A DNA stretch of 63,930 nucleotides, the filler included, from Aduncisulcus paluster (taxonomy: Eukaryota): NCBI GenBank assembly GCA_024181965.1. It is 9 parts of 9 records of this genome, joined end to end, with 100 filler letters (N's around TTAATTAATTAA, not from the genome) between each part and the next. Parts side by side here need not be neighbours in the genome. Positions count along the whole stretch, not along the records: positions 33,394 to 45,174 come from BQXS01011736.1; positions 45,275 to 62,260 come from BQXS01011737.1; 7 more parts are not named here. One strand, written 5' to 3'. Under the pieces are notes generated by a model. It was not told where the DNA came from. It ran no database searches and saw only the letters and a list, made by a program, of their open reading frames with translations. The number at the start of each line of letters is the position of its first letter. Within the stretch, counting starts at the first letter, position 1. Made by a program: the position numbers and the translations under genes. Shown here piece after piece: positions 36,172 to 48,200 of this stretch.

Positions 36172-39153
36172 ATGACTGACTTACCTGATCCCAATCTTCT
36201 TCGTGAAATCATCGAGGATCAGAAATTCGATGAACTTGAAGGAAAACTTCGTGGAATCGATGGCGTTGTAAAAATGTTTCAAAGTCGTTCCAGAGAGCAA
36301 CTCCTTGAGCAATATGGAAATAATAGGCTCCCAGACCCCCCAAGAAAGACCTTTTTCCAGCTTATTCTTGAAGCTCTCAACGATCTTACAATGATTATCC
36401 TCTCAATCTCTGCAGTTGTCTCTCTGATCTTGGCATTTGTTCCTATCGGAGGTGAAGACCATTCTGATGAACCTAACACTGAATGGATCGAAGGTGCTGC
36501 TATTCTTGCTGCCATTGTTATTGTTGTACTTGTTACAGCTGTTAATGATTATTCTAAAGAGAAAAAATTCCGTGAATTAGAAAAAGCAAAAGATGATCAA
36601 GATGTCAATGTTTTTAGAGATGGCTCTGAGCGTACTTTGAATATTAATGATCTTACTGTTGGAGATATTGTTATTATTGGTACCGGAGACAAGATTCCTG
36701 CCGATGGTCTTTTCCTTGAGGGAACCAACATTAAATGTGATGAAAGTGCTGCCACCGGAGAAACGGATCTTCTTCCAAAGGATCGTTCCAAACCCTTTAT
36801 GCGTTCTGGATGTGTTGTTAACGATGGAAATGGAAAGATGATCTGTATAGCTGTCGGTCCTCACTCTACCTGGGGAAAGACTGTTCTGGATCTCCAGGTT
36901 GAGCCTGAAGACACTCCTCTCCAAGTTAAGCTCGACGACATTGCTAAACTCATTGGATACATTGGAATTGTCTTTGCTGCCATTACTTTCATTGCTCTTT
37001 TGCTCAAATGGTTCGTCAGAACTGAATGGCATCCATCTGGTTCCGATTACGTTGAAATTGTACAATTCTTTATCCTCGCTGTTACCATCATCGTTGTTGC
37101 CGTGCCTGAGGGTCTTCCTCTTGCCGTTACTATCTCCCTTGCCTACTCCGTGAAGAAAATGATGCACGATAAGAACCTTGTCAGAACCCTTGCTGCCTGT
37201 GAAACTATGGGAGGTGCTACTTCTATTTGTACCGACAAGACTGGAACTTTGACTGAGAACAGAATGACTGTCTGTGAAGTTGTGTATGGATCTAGCCATT
37301 TCACAGAAAACATCCCTGACTCCGAGTCTTCCGAGGTTAACGCCAGTGTAATTGATCACATGATTGCTTCTGCTTCTGTTAACAGTACCGCCTTTATTGA
37401 AATTGGTGAAGACGGATCACAAAAAGCCTGTGGAAACCGTACCGAAGGAGCCATTTTGCAAATGATCGGCCAGAAATTTAAGGCTGACTATGCCAAGGTT
37501 CGTGCTGCTGGAAAGGTTGTTGGGCTTGAAACTTTCTCCTCCGAGAGGAAGAGGATGAGCACCATCGTTGACCTTTCTGAGAGTACTTTTGTTGAGGCCA
37601 TGTCCTCTGCCACTCAGCAAGTTACTTCTCAGGGTGTGAATGCTCGTCTCTACACTAAAGGAGCTTCTGAGGTCATTTACGCCCTCTGTACCCACTTCCT
37701 CGAGGTCGACGGTACCATCAAGCCTATTGACGACACTCACCGTGATATGATCAAGCGTAGCATCCACTCTATGGCCACCAATTCTCTCCGTACCCTCTGT
37801 CTTGCCTACAAGGATCTTGCCACTCCCGTCTCTCCCTCTGAACAATCTGAGTGGGATGAGGTTGTGAGTGGGCTTGTTTGCATTGGTATTGTCGGAATTA
37901 AGGACCCAGTACGTCAACAAGTTCCCCACGCCGTTAAGCAATGCCAAGACGCTGGTATCACCGTTCGTATGGTTACTGGAGACAACAAGACCACTGCCAC
38001 TGCTATTGCTAAGGATTGCAACATATGGAGACAGGGCGGTATTGTCCTCGAGGGACCTGAATGGCGTGCTATGTCTGATGAGCAGGTTGATGCTGTTTTG
38101 GATGACATTGTTGTCATTGCCAGATCTTCTCCCCAAGACAAGCTCCGTCTTGTCAAGCGTCTTCGTTACCACGGAGAAGTTGTTGCCGCCTCTGGAGATG
38201 GAAGCAACGATGCTCCTATCTTGAAGCAATCTGATGTTGGTTTTGCCATGAATATCGCTGGAACTGACGTTGCCAAGCAGGCTGCTGATATCATTTTGAT
38301 GGACGATAACTTCAATTCCATGGTTAGAGCTGTCGTCTGGGGTCGTACTGTGTATGACAACATTCGTAAGTTTATCCAATTCCAACTCTCTGTCAACGTT
38401 GTTGCCCTTGTTGTTGCCTTTGTTGGTGCCTGCATCACTGGTGAGTCCAGTCTCACTGCCATCCAACTTCTCTGGCTCAATTTGATCATGGATACCTTTG
38501 CTGCCCTTGCTCTTGCCACCGAAGCCCCCAAAGATGAGGTTCTTAAGCGTAAGCCTTATGGTCGTTACACCTCTCTTATCTCTCCACTCATGTGGAGGAA
38601 CGTCCTTGGACAGAGTGTCCTCCAGATCATTACGATATTCATCCTTCAATTCAGCTCTAAGGTTGCTGACTACTGTGACAACAAAGCTGACTTGGTCAAA
38701 TATCCTATTGGTGAGGGTGAAATGACTTGTTACCATCGTGCCCTCATTTTTAATACTTTTGTTTTCTTCCAGTTGTTCAACGAATTCAATGCTCGTCTCG
38801 TCAACAAGGGAGAGCATAATATCTTCAGAGATATTCAACATTGTCCGATGTTCTTGATTATTCTTGCTGCCTCCATTGTCATTCAAATTATCCTCATCGA
38901 GTTCACTGGTCTCGTTTTCAGTGTTGAGCCCCTTCAGTTTGTTGATTGGGCCATTTGTCTTGGTTTAGCTCTCATTTCTCTTCCTCTCGGTGTCATTCTC
39001 AGGTTTATTCCCATGCCCGACAGGATTGCCTGCATCGAAGAAAAGAAGAAGCTTGCTGAGCAGAAAGAGAAAGATGCTAGTGCTGAAGAAGGAGAAGAGG
39101 GCCTTTTGGATGAAGAAATGAAAGAAGTTAGGAAACCTGTTCCTGAACAATAA
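36172..39153 (+). CDS. PMCA: P-type IIB (PMCA-type) Ca2+-ATPase; start at 36172 preferred over 36079
   Basis: Motifs DES..TGE, VVAVPEGLPLAVTISLAYS, DKTGTLT, KGASE, MVTGDN, GDGSNDAP and QLLWLNLIMDT. Confidence 0.96.
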   Translation: MTDLPDPNLLREIIEDQKFDELEGKLRGIDGVVKMFQSRSREQLLEQYGNNRLPDPPRKTFFQLILEALNDLTMIILSISAVVSLILAFVPIGGEDHSDEPNTEWIEGAAILAAIVIVVLVTAVNDYSKEKKFRELEKAKDDQDVNVFRDGSERTLNINDLTVGDIVIIGTGDKIPADGLFLEGTNIKCDESAATGETDLLPKDRSKPFMRSGCVVNDGNGKMICIAVGPHSTWGKTVLDLQVEPEDTPLQVKLDDIAKLIGYIGIVFAAITFIALLLKWFVRTEWHPSGSDYVEIVQFFILAVTIIVVAVPEGLPLAVTISLAYSVKKMMHDKNLVRTLAACETMGGATSICTDKTGTLTENRMTVCEVVYGSSHFTENIPDSESSEVNASVIDHMIASASVNSTAFIEIGEDGSQKACGNRTEGAILQMIGQKFKADYAKVRAAGKVVGLETFSSERKRMSTIVDLSESTFVEAMSSATQQVTSQGVNARLYTKGASEVIYALCTHFLEVDGTIKPIDDTHRDMIKRSIHSMATNSLRTLCLAYKDLATPVSPSEQSEWDEVVSGLVCIGIVGIKDPVRQQVPHAVKQCQDAGITVRMVTGDNKTTATAIAKDCNIWRQGGIVLEGPEWRAMSDEQVDAVLDDIVVIARSSPQDKLRLVKRLRYHGEVVAASGDGSNDAPILKQSDVGFAMNIAGTDVAKQAADIILMDDNFNSMVRAVVWGRTVYDNIRKFIQFQLSVNVVALVVAFVGACITGESSLTAIQLLWLNLIMDTFAALALATEAPKDEVLKRKPYGRYTSLISPLMWRNVLGQSVLQIITIFILQFSSKVADYCDNKADLVKYPIGEGEMTCYHRALIFNTFVFFQLFNEFNARLVNKGEHNIFRDIQHCPMFLIILAASIVIQIILIEFTGLVFSVEPLQFVDWAICLGLALISLPLGVILRFIPMPDRIACIEEKKKLAEQKEKDASAEEGEEGLLDEEMKEVRKPVPEQ

Positions 39154-39854
39154 TAGTCAACGGTGCATCAATAAAATATCAATGAGTTCCCTTCTTTCTT
39201 TGATCATCAAAAATGAGTCATCTTTGACTTCTGGGATTGTTCCATGACTAAATTCAAGTTACCAAATAACAATAACAGATAACTATTCTTAATGAGCAGA
39301 GAGAAATTGCTTATATTGAGACACCAAGTTCAATGGATTTAATCACCATATATACATAAACTGAAGTTCTTAAATGAAAATAAACAAAAGAAATGTGCAG
39401 GATCATTCGACACTTTATCTAGATGTAAATCAATCAGAAAAGCTTCCTTGCCCGGCATATGATATTGTTTCCATTAAAAAAGTGGCGCCTTCCAAGATGT
39501 TAAATAAAATCAAGGAAAGTGTGACAATTAGAAACGTGCTTTTGATTCGATATCGAAGAAAAGTAAATGATTTTTGGAATTGGGCACGTTCCACAAATAG
39601 ATTTGGAATTTCTCAGACAATCTATGAGAATAATACTTCAAAAATAAATAGAATATTTATGAACGTTTATTTTATGTTCTAAACTTTTTATTTAAATGTT
39701 ATAAGAATTTCATTCTGAAAGTTACTTTCTATAGGCTTAATTACTTATCATTCAATAAAATCAATGGTCAATTTCATTAAAATGTTTAAAATTTATTTCA
39801 AATATTTATTTAATGTATTTATATTATCAAGATATTACAGTTCTATATTTATCG

Positions 39855-40345
39855 ATGTGAGAAGATACTGCAGGTGGCAATCGCAGTTTCTTCCTTTGGG
39901 ATTATATAGCATGAAGGGTATTAGCAAGAGCAGTATTCCTTACGTTAGAGCTGTTCCTTCTTGGCAAAAGAAGACCCCAGAGGAGGTTACTAAAGTCATC
40001 TGTGAACTCGCCAGGAAAGGTGTCTCTCCTTCTCGTATTGGTTTGATCCTCCGTGACCGTTATGGTGTTGGACAAGTTCGTTTCCTTACTGGAAGCAAGA
40101 TTATCAGAATTTTGAAGGCTAACGGTCTCGCTCCTAAATATCCTGAAGACCTCACTTGCCTTATCCGTAAAGCTGTTTCTATCCGTAAACATCTTTCTGT
40201 TAACACTAGAGACAAGGATGCTAAGTTCCGTCTTATCCTTATCGAGTCTAGAATCCACCGTTTGGCTAGATACTACCGTCGTACTCGTCAGGTTGAGGCT
40301 ACTTTCGGATACAAGAGTGCTACTGCCTCCACTCTCATTGCTTAA
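39855..40345 (+). CDS. RPS13: 40S ribosomal protein S13 (uS15); N-terminus unresolved (secure from the ATG at 39911)
   Basis: [26 protein letters not shown] and [22 protein letters not shown]. Confidence 0.97.
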
Positions 40346-40684
40346 GCAGTAAATACGTGGACATAGGTCGAATTATTAGTCGTTAATATTGTTGTTTGGT
40401 GATTTTGCTTCCAATTTCAATTTTTTCTTCCGTCATTTTCTAAATGAAAAGGAGAGAATTGAATAGCAAAAATGAATATCAAAAGAATAAACAATTTAAA
40501 TAATTCTAATTATCTTTTTGTCGATTTAAAATTCACCCATATAGCTAATTTACAAGAATATGTAACATATATCAAATAAATTAAGCATTTCATGATCTAA
40601 AAGTTATTATTTATTGTCCAATTCATCACAATTATAATCGATTTCGCCTCCACCCAAAAGTTTTTTTTCAATCAACGATTTGGG

Positions 40685-42346
40685 ATGGGAAGAGTATATA
40701 GAAAGGATAAAAATCAGAAAAATAGATCTGGCCTTGGTCATGCTATAACTAGAAAACATAGTCGAGTTCGTGAGCAACGTAAAATGCAAGTTGGTCATCT
40801 TCATACCGTCGATAGAGCTGGTGACTCTTCTATTGTTAAAGATTCTGTGACGGGTCTTAGTGACCTTGATGAATTAGTAGCTCAGGCTGAACTTAGTCAT
40901 CAGAAATTTGAAGCCCACAGAGAACGAGGTGATGCTGTTCTCGTTGAAGGGCAGTCGTTACGAAAGATTGGAGCAACAGAAGAAGAAAAAATGGCAATGT
41001 ATTCAAAGAAACATCTATTAAGGATTCCAAGAAGGCCCTTTTGGACAAAATCAATGACTGCTGAAGAGATTAATATTCAAGAGCATCGAGCCTTCCAAGT
41101 GTGGAGAAAGTCCCTCGCTGAATTAGAATCCGATGCTCGTCTTGTGTTTACTCCATTTGAAAAGAACCCAGAAATTTGGAGACAACTCTGGCGTGTTGTT
41201 GAGCGTTCTGATGTAATTATTCAGATCGTAGACGCTAGAAATCCGCTTCTTTTCTTCTCCAATGATCTTACTAGATATGTGAAAGAGATTGCCTATCGCC
41301 AAAAACAAGGGAAAGAATCTTTATTAATCATTAACAAAGCCGATTTAATTCCAGAATTTCTCCGAAAACTCTGGGCAAAATATTTTCTCTCGATAAAACT
41401 CCCCTTCTTCTATTTCTCTGCGCTCAAATCCCTCGACGAGGTCCAAGAAGCCATTGAAAATGAAGAAGAAGGAAAAGAAGCTCTCCCATATCCTGAAGTG
41501 AAAAAGCCCCCCATTCCTTCTGACCCATCATCTATTCCAGCTGCCTCGTCTGAGACACAGTCAGAACCATCACCTTCCGAGGATGAAGCTTCCCCAAACT
41601 TATCTACAACCCCTACTATCGACCCCACAAGTCTCTTCTCCTCAGAAGTACATTCTCGGCTTGATTTGCTTAGTCTCCTCGAAAGTCTGCGTCCATCAGG
41701 AATGTCACACATTACCGTTGGCATGGTGGGTTATCCCAATGTTGGAAAGAGCAGTATCGTGAATGTTCTCACTGCTCATACAAGGTATAGGGCTAGGGTC
41801 GGAGCCACACCTGGTAAAACGAAGCATTTCCAAACATTTAACCTTTCTGACACGCTTTCACTCTGCGATTGTCCTGGTCTCGTATTTCCCTCTTTCTCCT
41901 CCACACCAGCCGAATTGGTATGCAATGGAATCCTTCCCGTTGATCAATTGAGAGATTTCATAACTCCATCATCTCTTATGTTCCAGCGAATTCCTTTAGA
42001 TATCATTGAGAAAGTTTATAGTCTTCACTTGACCCCGAAACAGCGTGAACAATTATTAACTATGCGTGCGCACGGCAAACAAGAGGGAGGACGCGTGAGC
42101 GATGAATACACCCGTGCTGTCTTGTCTATTATTGGGATATGCAAAGGATACACGGCCGTCAAAGGAGGAGTCGATGTTCCAAGAACTGCAAGGGTTGTGT
42201 TGAAAGACCATGTCAAAGGATTACTTTTGTGGTGTACAGCTCCACCTGGTGTCAAGAAGGATACAGCAAAGGAAAGCCAAGCATCCAAAGAGGACGAGAG
42301 TGAATATGAATATGAATATGAAGAAGAGTCTTCTGATAAAAAGTAA
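40685..42346 (+). CDS. LSG1: Large subunit GTPase 1 (circularly permuted GTPase)
   Basis: TPFEKNPEIWRQLWRVVERSD, NKADL, GMVGYPNVGKSS, TPGKTKHFQT and DCPGLVFPSF. Confidence 0.96.
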   Translation: MGRVYRKDKNQKNRSGLGHAITRKHSRVREQRKMQVGHLHTVDRAGDSSIVKDSVTGLSDLDELVAQAELSHQKFEAHRERGDAVLVEGQSLRKIGATEEEKMAMYSKKHLLRIPRRPFWTKSMTAEEINIQEHRAFQVWRKSLAELESDARLVFTPFEKNPEIWRQLWRVVERSDVIIQIVDARNPLLFFSNDLTRYVKEIAYRQKQGKESLLIINKADLIPEFLRKLWAKYFLSIKLPFFYFSALKSLDEVQEAIENEEEGKEALPYPEVKKPPIPSDPSSIPAASSETQSEPSPSEDEASPNLSTTPTIDPTSLFSSEVHSRLDLLSLLESLRPSGMSHITVGMVGYPNVGKSSIVNVLTAHTRYRARVGATPGKTKHFQTFNLSDTLSLCDCPGLVFPSFSSTPAELVCNGILPVDQLRDFITPSSLMFQRIPLDIIEKVYSLHLTPKQREQLLTMRAHGKQEGGRVSDEYTRAVLSIIGICKGYTAVKGGVDVPRTARVVLKDHVKGLLLWCTAPPGVKKDTAKESQASKEDESEYEYEYEEESSDKK

Positions 42347-42628
42347 ATTTGAATATATTTATTCATCAATATCTTTTCAACAATAATATCAAAATATTGA
42401 AATATAATATGTCAAAAATACAATCTAATCAAAGATATACGCATAATACGTCTATTGAATGAGAAAAAAATTTCGTCATGATTTCGATATCAATATGGAG
42501 GATAATAGGATTTTAGAATTCATAATTCATATTTTTTTACTCTTATTATTTTAGTAGTAATTTATTGTTCGCTTTCAAAACAGATAACATCTTCACACTA
42601 AAGCAGATCGGGTTTTCTCCGAAAAAAC

Positions 42629-45174
42629 ATGTTCAAAAGAGACCAAAAGCTGGCAAAAATATGCAGGAAGCCAGTAAGCTCCTGGGGAGATTTAATTAAA
42701 TTCCTTAATTTACTCATGAATAATATCAGCACCCAGTTCCCAAGACGATTGGCAGTAGCTCAACGTCTGGCACAATGTATGCTCCCCTTATTACCTGCTG
42801 GTGTTCAAAGAAAAGCATTAGATGCATATTCCAAAGTTTTACAATGCTCTGATAGCTCGTTCTCATTATATACTATAGGTTTGTTCCCGTCATATGCTGG
42901 TTCTGCTATTGCTGGAAAAGGTCCTTATATTCGTGTTTTAAGGGATTTATTAACCAAAATGGGTTCTTCTGTTGAATATTTTGTCAATGGTGTCGTCCAA
43001 ACATTTTTACCTTCTGTTGAAGATGTTTCTGCTGATTCTGACCATTCTATTGAAGCAAGACGTTTGTTACACAATGTAGCGAACACATTACAAGCTCAGA
43101 AAGATGATCCTCGATTCAAGGAGTGGATGGATCTTGGCCAATTCCCATTATCTGTCAAACAACGCTTATTACCGATTTCTTACTCGTCGAAACTCCACTC
43201 AATATCTGATAACACCGGTTCCTTGTTTTTTACTGCTATATGGACCACATTAGGAATGAATAAGCAAGTTCGGTCCAGCGCGCTTCGTTTTTTCAATGAT
43301 TGCATTGTCAAGTTCAGAGCTCAGAGAAAAGTCCCTCAAAAATCAGATTCTAAATTACGTCTTTTGACTGGACCTTCAGGCGACGCTGACAAAACACAAG
43401 AAAGCAAAGAAGAGACTGCTGCCAAGGAAGTGGCTATAAATGAGAAAAAATCCCATTCCTCCAATTCTTTTCTCTCTCTTCCTCCTTCTTCACTCTTACC
43501 TCTCCCACTTTCGACCCTTGTACTCTCCGTTGAGACCTGTCTGTCTATATCTGAGAGAAACATTGTGGTTCGCCGAGAAACCTTAGATCTTCTCCTCTCC
43601 TTGTTCCCTATAATCTCCAAGCAGATTCCTCTCACCCTTCGTGTCCGCGTATGTGTTTCCATGATCAAACTATTAGGGATATGTGGCCGAGGCGAGAGCA
43701 GAAGAATTATCAAATGGTTGTGTGTAGAAAAAACAAACTCTTCTTCAAAGAACTCAGAGGTTGAAGGATCTGACACTTCTACATGCATTATCGAGGAGTT
43801 TATGTCTGATACAGCAGATGTCAGCTCTCCTACATCAACGAATGATGGTGTTATATCCTCGTTCAGTTATTCCAGTCTCCATCCTGAGGCTCACCGTGTT
43901 ATTCTGAATGCCCTTCATGTAATGCTGGCCCCTCCTTCTTCAAGAAGTTCTTTATTATCATTTCCACACCCCTTTTCCCAAGTCCAAGTCCGTAAACACT
44001 CGTTATCACTCTCCTTGAGTGGTATCGCTGCTTTAATGGATCATTCTGTTATCATTCAGAGTCTTGGAGAGTGTCTCGTTATGATATTGTTACGTTTGGG
44101 TGCGTCTTTCTTGCAATTGTTACGACCATCTGTTAATGTGCCCGATTCCCAGTCTAAGAAAAATCCTCAATCTGTTCATGAAGATAACTTGTCGTCTGCA
44201 AACTTTGTTTCTTCCCAAAACGTTTCCATTGATGGCTTTGGAGGCCTTGGTGGACGTATGGTTGTTAAATTACTCGTTGTGGTCAGGGATATGATCCATG
44301 GGAAAATGAAATCCTACGTGTGGCGCTCTCTCTCTTTATTCCTTAGCGGTAAGTATGTATGTGAATGTAAATGTGAACCTTCTCTTTCTATTGCCCCTCT
44401 CTTTTGTGATAAGATATCCCCGTCCAATATGACTCTTGGCTCTCCCTCTAATTCAAAAGAGATGCTAGATTCACGAGGGAAAAATATCCCTGGAACACCT
44501 GAGAAATGCATAAAACGTGCTAATATTTCTGCCTCCATAATCCTTCACTCTTTCTCCTTACTTCCTCCTTATTTACTCTATGAATCAGAAGACGGGCTGA
44601 AAACGTCCATTTCTAGCCACTCACATGCTGATTCTGGGTCTTCGGGATTAGATGAAGCTGTTGAGGTTTCTGAATACAGCGATTATTTCCCTGAAGAGTC
44701 GGAAGAAAGGGAAGAAAAAGAGGAAGAAGAGAAGAAAATGTTTGTGAAGGAAGAAAAGGAAGAGGAAAAGGAAGAGGAAGAGCAAGAGGAAGAGGAAGAG
44801 GAAAAGGAAGATGAGGAGGAAAAGGAAAAGGAAGAGGAAAAGGAAAAGGAAGAGGAAGAAGAGGAAGATCATAACGATGATGAAGAAGAGAAAGAAGAAG
44901 AGGAAGAAGAAGAGGAAGAAGAAGATGAGGAGGAAGAAGAAGAAAAGATGGAGAAGATTGAAGAAATTATTAAAGTTGAATCACTTGATGAATCTCCAAC
45001 CCACAATGCAGAAGTTATAGAAGAGAAAGAGGAAAGTGAAGAAAAGAAAGAACTAATTTCTCTTCCAAAAGAAGAGGAAGAAGAAGAGGAAGAGAAATGT
45101 AAGGAATCAGTTCGTCCCGTTAAAAAAGACCTTTCCTCCTCCTCCCCCCAATCTTTCTTGGCATTCTCTAGTAC
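42629..45174 (+). CDS. DOP1: Dopey family protein (Dopey_N), 3'-truncated
   Basis: SWGDLIKFL and VAQRLAQCMLPLLPAGVQRKALDAY match the Dopey_N signature. Confidence 0.85.
44694..45095 (+). repeat. GAA/GAG low-complexity tract encoding poly-Glu
   Basis: Nearly pure purine triplets. Confidence 0.9.
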
Positions 45175-45274
45175 NNNNNNNNNNNNNNNNNNNNNNNNNN
45201 NNNNNNNNNNNNNNNNNNTTAATTAATTAANNNNNNNNNNNNNNNNNNNNNNNNNNNNNNNNNNNNNNNNNNNN

Positions 45275-48200
45275 CTCTGCTGCTGGGAGTGAAGCTCCTT
45301 CCTTGTCGAATGAGTATCTTAGTCCGTTGCTCCTGCTTTCTGCTGCTCTCTCTGCTGGTGAGAGTCTTTGTGTGCTCATGGCAAGTGGGAAGGATGAGGA
45401 ACGAAGGAGTGTCGTGATGCGTGTTCAGGTCTGCACGGTGCTTTGGGAGTGGGCTGTGGAAACTAAATATGAAGATACGAAGTTACATTCTTCTTCTTCT
45501 TCAGTTGCTCAGAGAAGTTCTTCCCCAGTAGAGATATCTCCTAAGTCAGGGTCTGTCGGATCTTCTACTGATATTGCCTCAAAAACCAATAGTTTTATCC
45601 ATGGTATCATCACATCTGTTACTCTAAAACAAATATTGGTGCATATTCTGCATAATTTGGACTCGTTGCCTCTCAAAACTCTGACATCAGTTCCCAACTT
45701 CCCTGCTTCCATCCTTCCTCCTCTGTCAAAGAGAGTAGAACATGTATTGTGGGGTGACATGATTCAATTCTGTTCTATTTTTAGATTTAATGCTGCTCTC
45801 ACACTGATCGAGATGTGTGGTCTGAACAAGGATGAGCGAGTGTATGTGACAAGTTCCCTCGGGGCTGCGTGGGCAACAGTCACAGGCGAAATATCCCGAT
45901 ATGTCCATGTTCAGAGGGAAAAAGAGAGAGAAGAGGAGAGGGAGGAGGAGAGAAGTGGGATAGAGAATCATCGTTCAATTATCCAATCTCATCAACAAGG
46001 AGATCAGGCGTTCAAGAAACAATCTTCATTCTTATCGACTGCAAGTGATTTCCATGGAATTGGTTCGTTTATAAACCAATCGCCCAATCTATTTAGTTCT
46101 ATTCTGGGTCCTGTGAAACCTATCCCAGGGTCATCTCAACTTATTTCGTCCACAAAGGACATTAGTGGTGACTCTCCTCCGACTTTAGGCAGTCAATTAG
46201 AATCTGTAGCTATGGGATCTGTTGATGTTACTCTTCCAACGACTCCAAGAGAGGATGAAATTCAAGAGGATGAAATTCAAGAGCATCAAGATGGAAAGGT
46301 TGAGAAAGAAGAAGGAAGAGAAGAAGAAGAAGGAAGAGATAAAGAAGAAGGAGAGGTGGTGGATATAGTTCCTTCTGAACCTAAAGTTTCAAGTGGATCA
46401 ATTAGTTCGCCTGTTCCTGACAAAGATGATAAGAGAATCAACTTCTCTGATCATTCTGAACGCTTAGATACAAGTATTACTCTCCCTAAGCGTCGTAAGA
46501 GACCCATAGAGCATCCTTTTCTACAACAATGTTCCCAGACACTTGCACGTATCTCTGCTCTCAATATAACTATCACTTCATCTCCAAAACCGCCTGCTCC
46601 AATTCCCTTTATTTGGTCCTTGAGTTATTCTGCCTATGAAAGGGGTGGGTGGGTTACAAAATCAATTGATGACGTTCTTGTGGTTGGGGTTAAGGTCCGT
46701 GTCAATCTGCGCGTGAAGAGTCTTGTGCGTTTGAGAAAGATGACCTTTGAATGTGAGATTGCTGATATCAAATGCAGGAATATCTTTACAATCGAAGGGA
46801 GAGAAAAGGATGGAGACGGGAATGAAGAGGCTTTGTCTGTTGATAGCATTGAGGGAGGAGATGCTCTGAGCTCATCTGCTCCTTCCTCTGCAATGAAGTC
46901 ATCATTCCTTGCACGAAAGAGTCTGAGATCTCATATCCCCAGAGAAAGAGAGCAAGAGAGGGAGGAAGAAGACTGTACTCAGCATGAGTCCACCGTGCAT
47001 CAAGAAGATGACAATGATATGTGTCCGGTGTCACCTCGATCTTGTTGTTCTTCCTCTTTCCCGCAGTCTTCCTCTATCTCTCCGCTACTTTTACCAACAT
47101 TCCAGAGTTGTCAGGGTTCCACAGAGTTTGATGTGACTCACCCCACCACTCTCCGTGTGCAAATGTGTGAATTGCGTATCGATGACGCCGTACTCATGGA
47201 GATTGGAAGGTATATCTGCGATGGATCTGCCAGAGAATGTGTTGATCCACTTGAAGGCATTAAGATAGGACTTGCCGAGGATGGCGGGGCGGTGTCACTG
47301 AGTGGAGAAGAGAGAGAGAGGGAGGAAGAAGACTGTACTCAGCATGAGTCCACCGTGCATCAAGAAGATGACAATGATATGTGTCCGGTGTCACCTCGAT
47401 CTTGTTGTTCTTCCTCTTTCCCGCAGTCTTCCTCTATCTCTCCGCTACTTTTACCAACATTCCAGAGTTGTCAGGGTTCCACAGAGTTTGTTGTGACTCA
47501 CCCCACCACTCTCCGTGTGCAAATGTGTGAATTGCGTATCGATGACGCCGTACTCATGGAGATTGGAAGGTATATCTGCGATGGATCTGCCAGAGAATGT
47601 GTTGATCCACTTGAAGGCATTAAGATAGGACTTGCCGAGGATGGCGGGGCGGTGTCACTGAGTGGAGAAGAGAGAGAGAGGGAGAGAGAGAGAGAGAGAG
47701 GAAGGGAAAGATCAGGGTTTGCAAGGAGTTGACGAACTCTTGAAGAGGATCACCAAGTGGAATGGGAAGAAGAGAGGGCTGGATACTGTTATGGATGAAG
47801 TTAAGAGGCCACGCTGGAGTGGTGTGTTCGTGAATAAGGCATCGGCACTCTCTCGTAGCTCATCCACAATCGGTATGATATCCTCCAGTGTTGATAGTAC
47901 AGGTCTTGGGGCTGCATCAGGGTCAGTTCCAAGAAACAGCACACTTGACAATGCTCTAAAGCACACAATGGCCTCTATTGAATCTCCTTTGTTCCTCCCT
48001 TCCCCACCCCTCGTGTCCCATCACTCTCACGAGCCTGTAGTTGTCTGTGCATGTATATGTAACAATAACCCTGTACCAGTCAATCCAATTCAACTCAAAG
48101 CTTCGGTTACAGGCGGTGTATGTGTGCGGATTGAGCACGATTGGAGGGAAGAAGTCGAGAAGCGGTATGAACAGGTATGGGAGGAAGGGTTGGAAGATGA

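Noticed and set aside
37417..38886. Long antisense ORFs (489, 390, 261, 260 and 248 aa) as overlapping genes
   Set aside because: They are shadows of codon-biased sense genes that avoid TTA/CTA/TCA, and they have no recognisable motifs.
39374..39682. 102-aa ORF between PMCA and RPS13
   Set aside because: AT-rich with no motif or codon bias. Not supportable, though a small spliced gene cannot be excluded.
39154..39909. Giardia-style trans-splicing of a missing RPS13 exon 1
   Set aside because: A cis candidate exon at 39855-39873 or a start at 39911 explains the data more simply.
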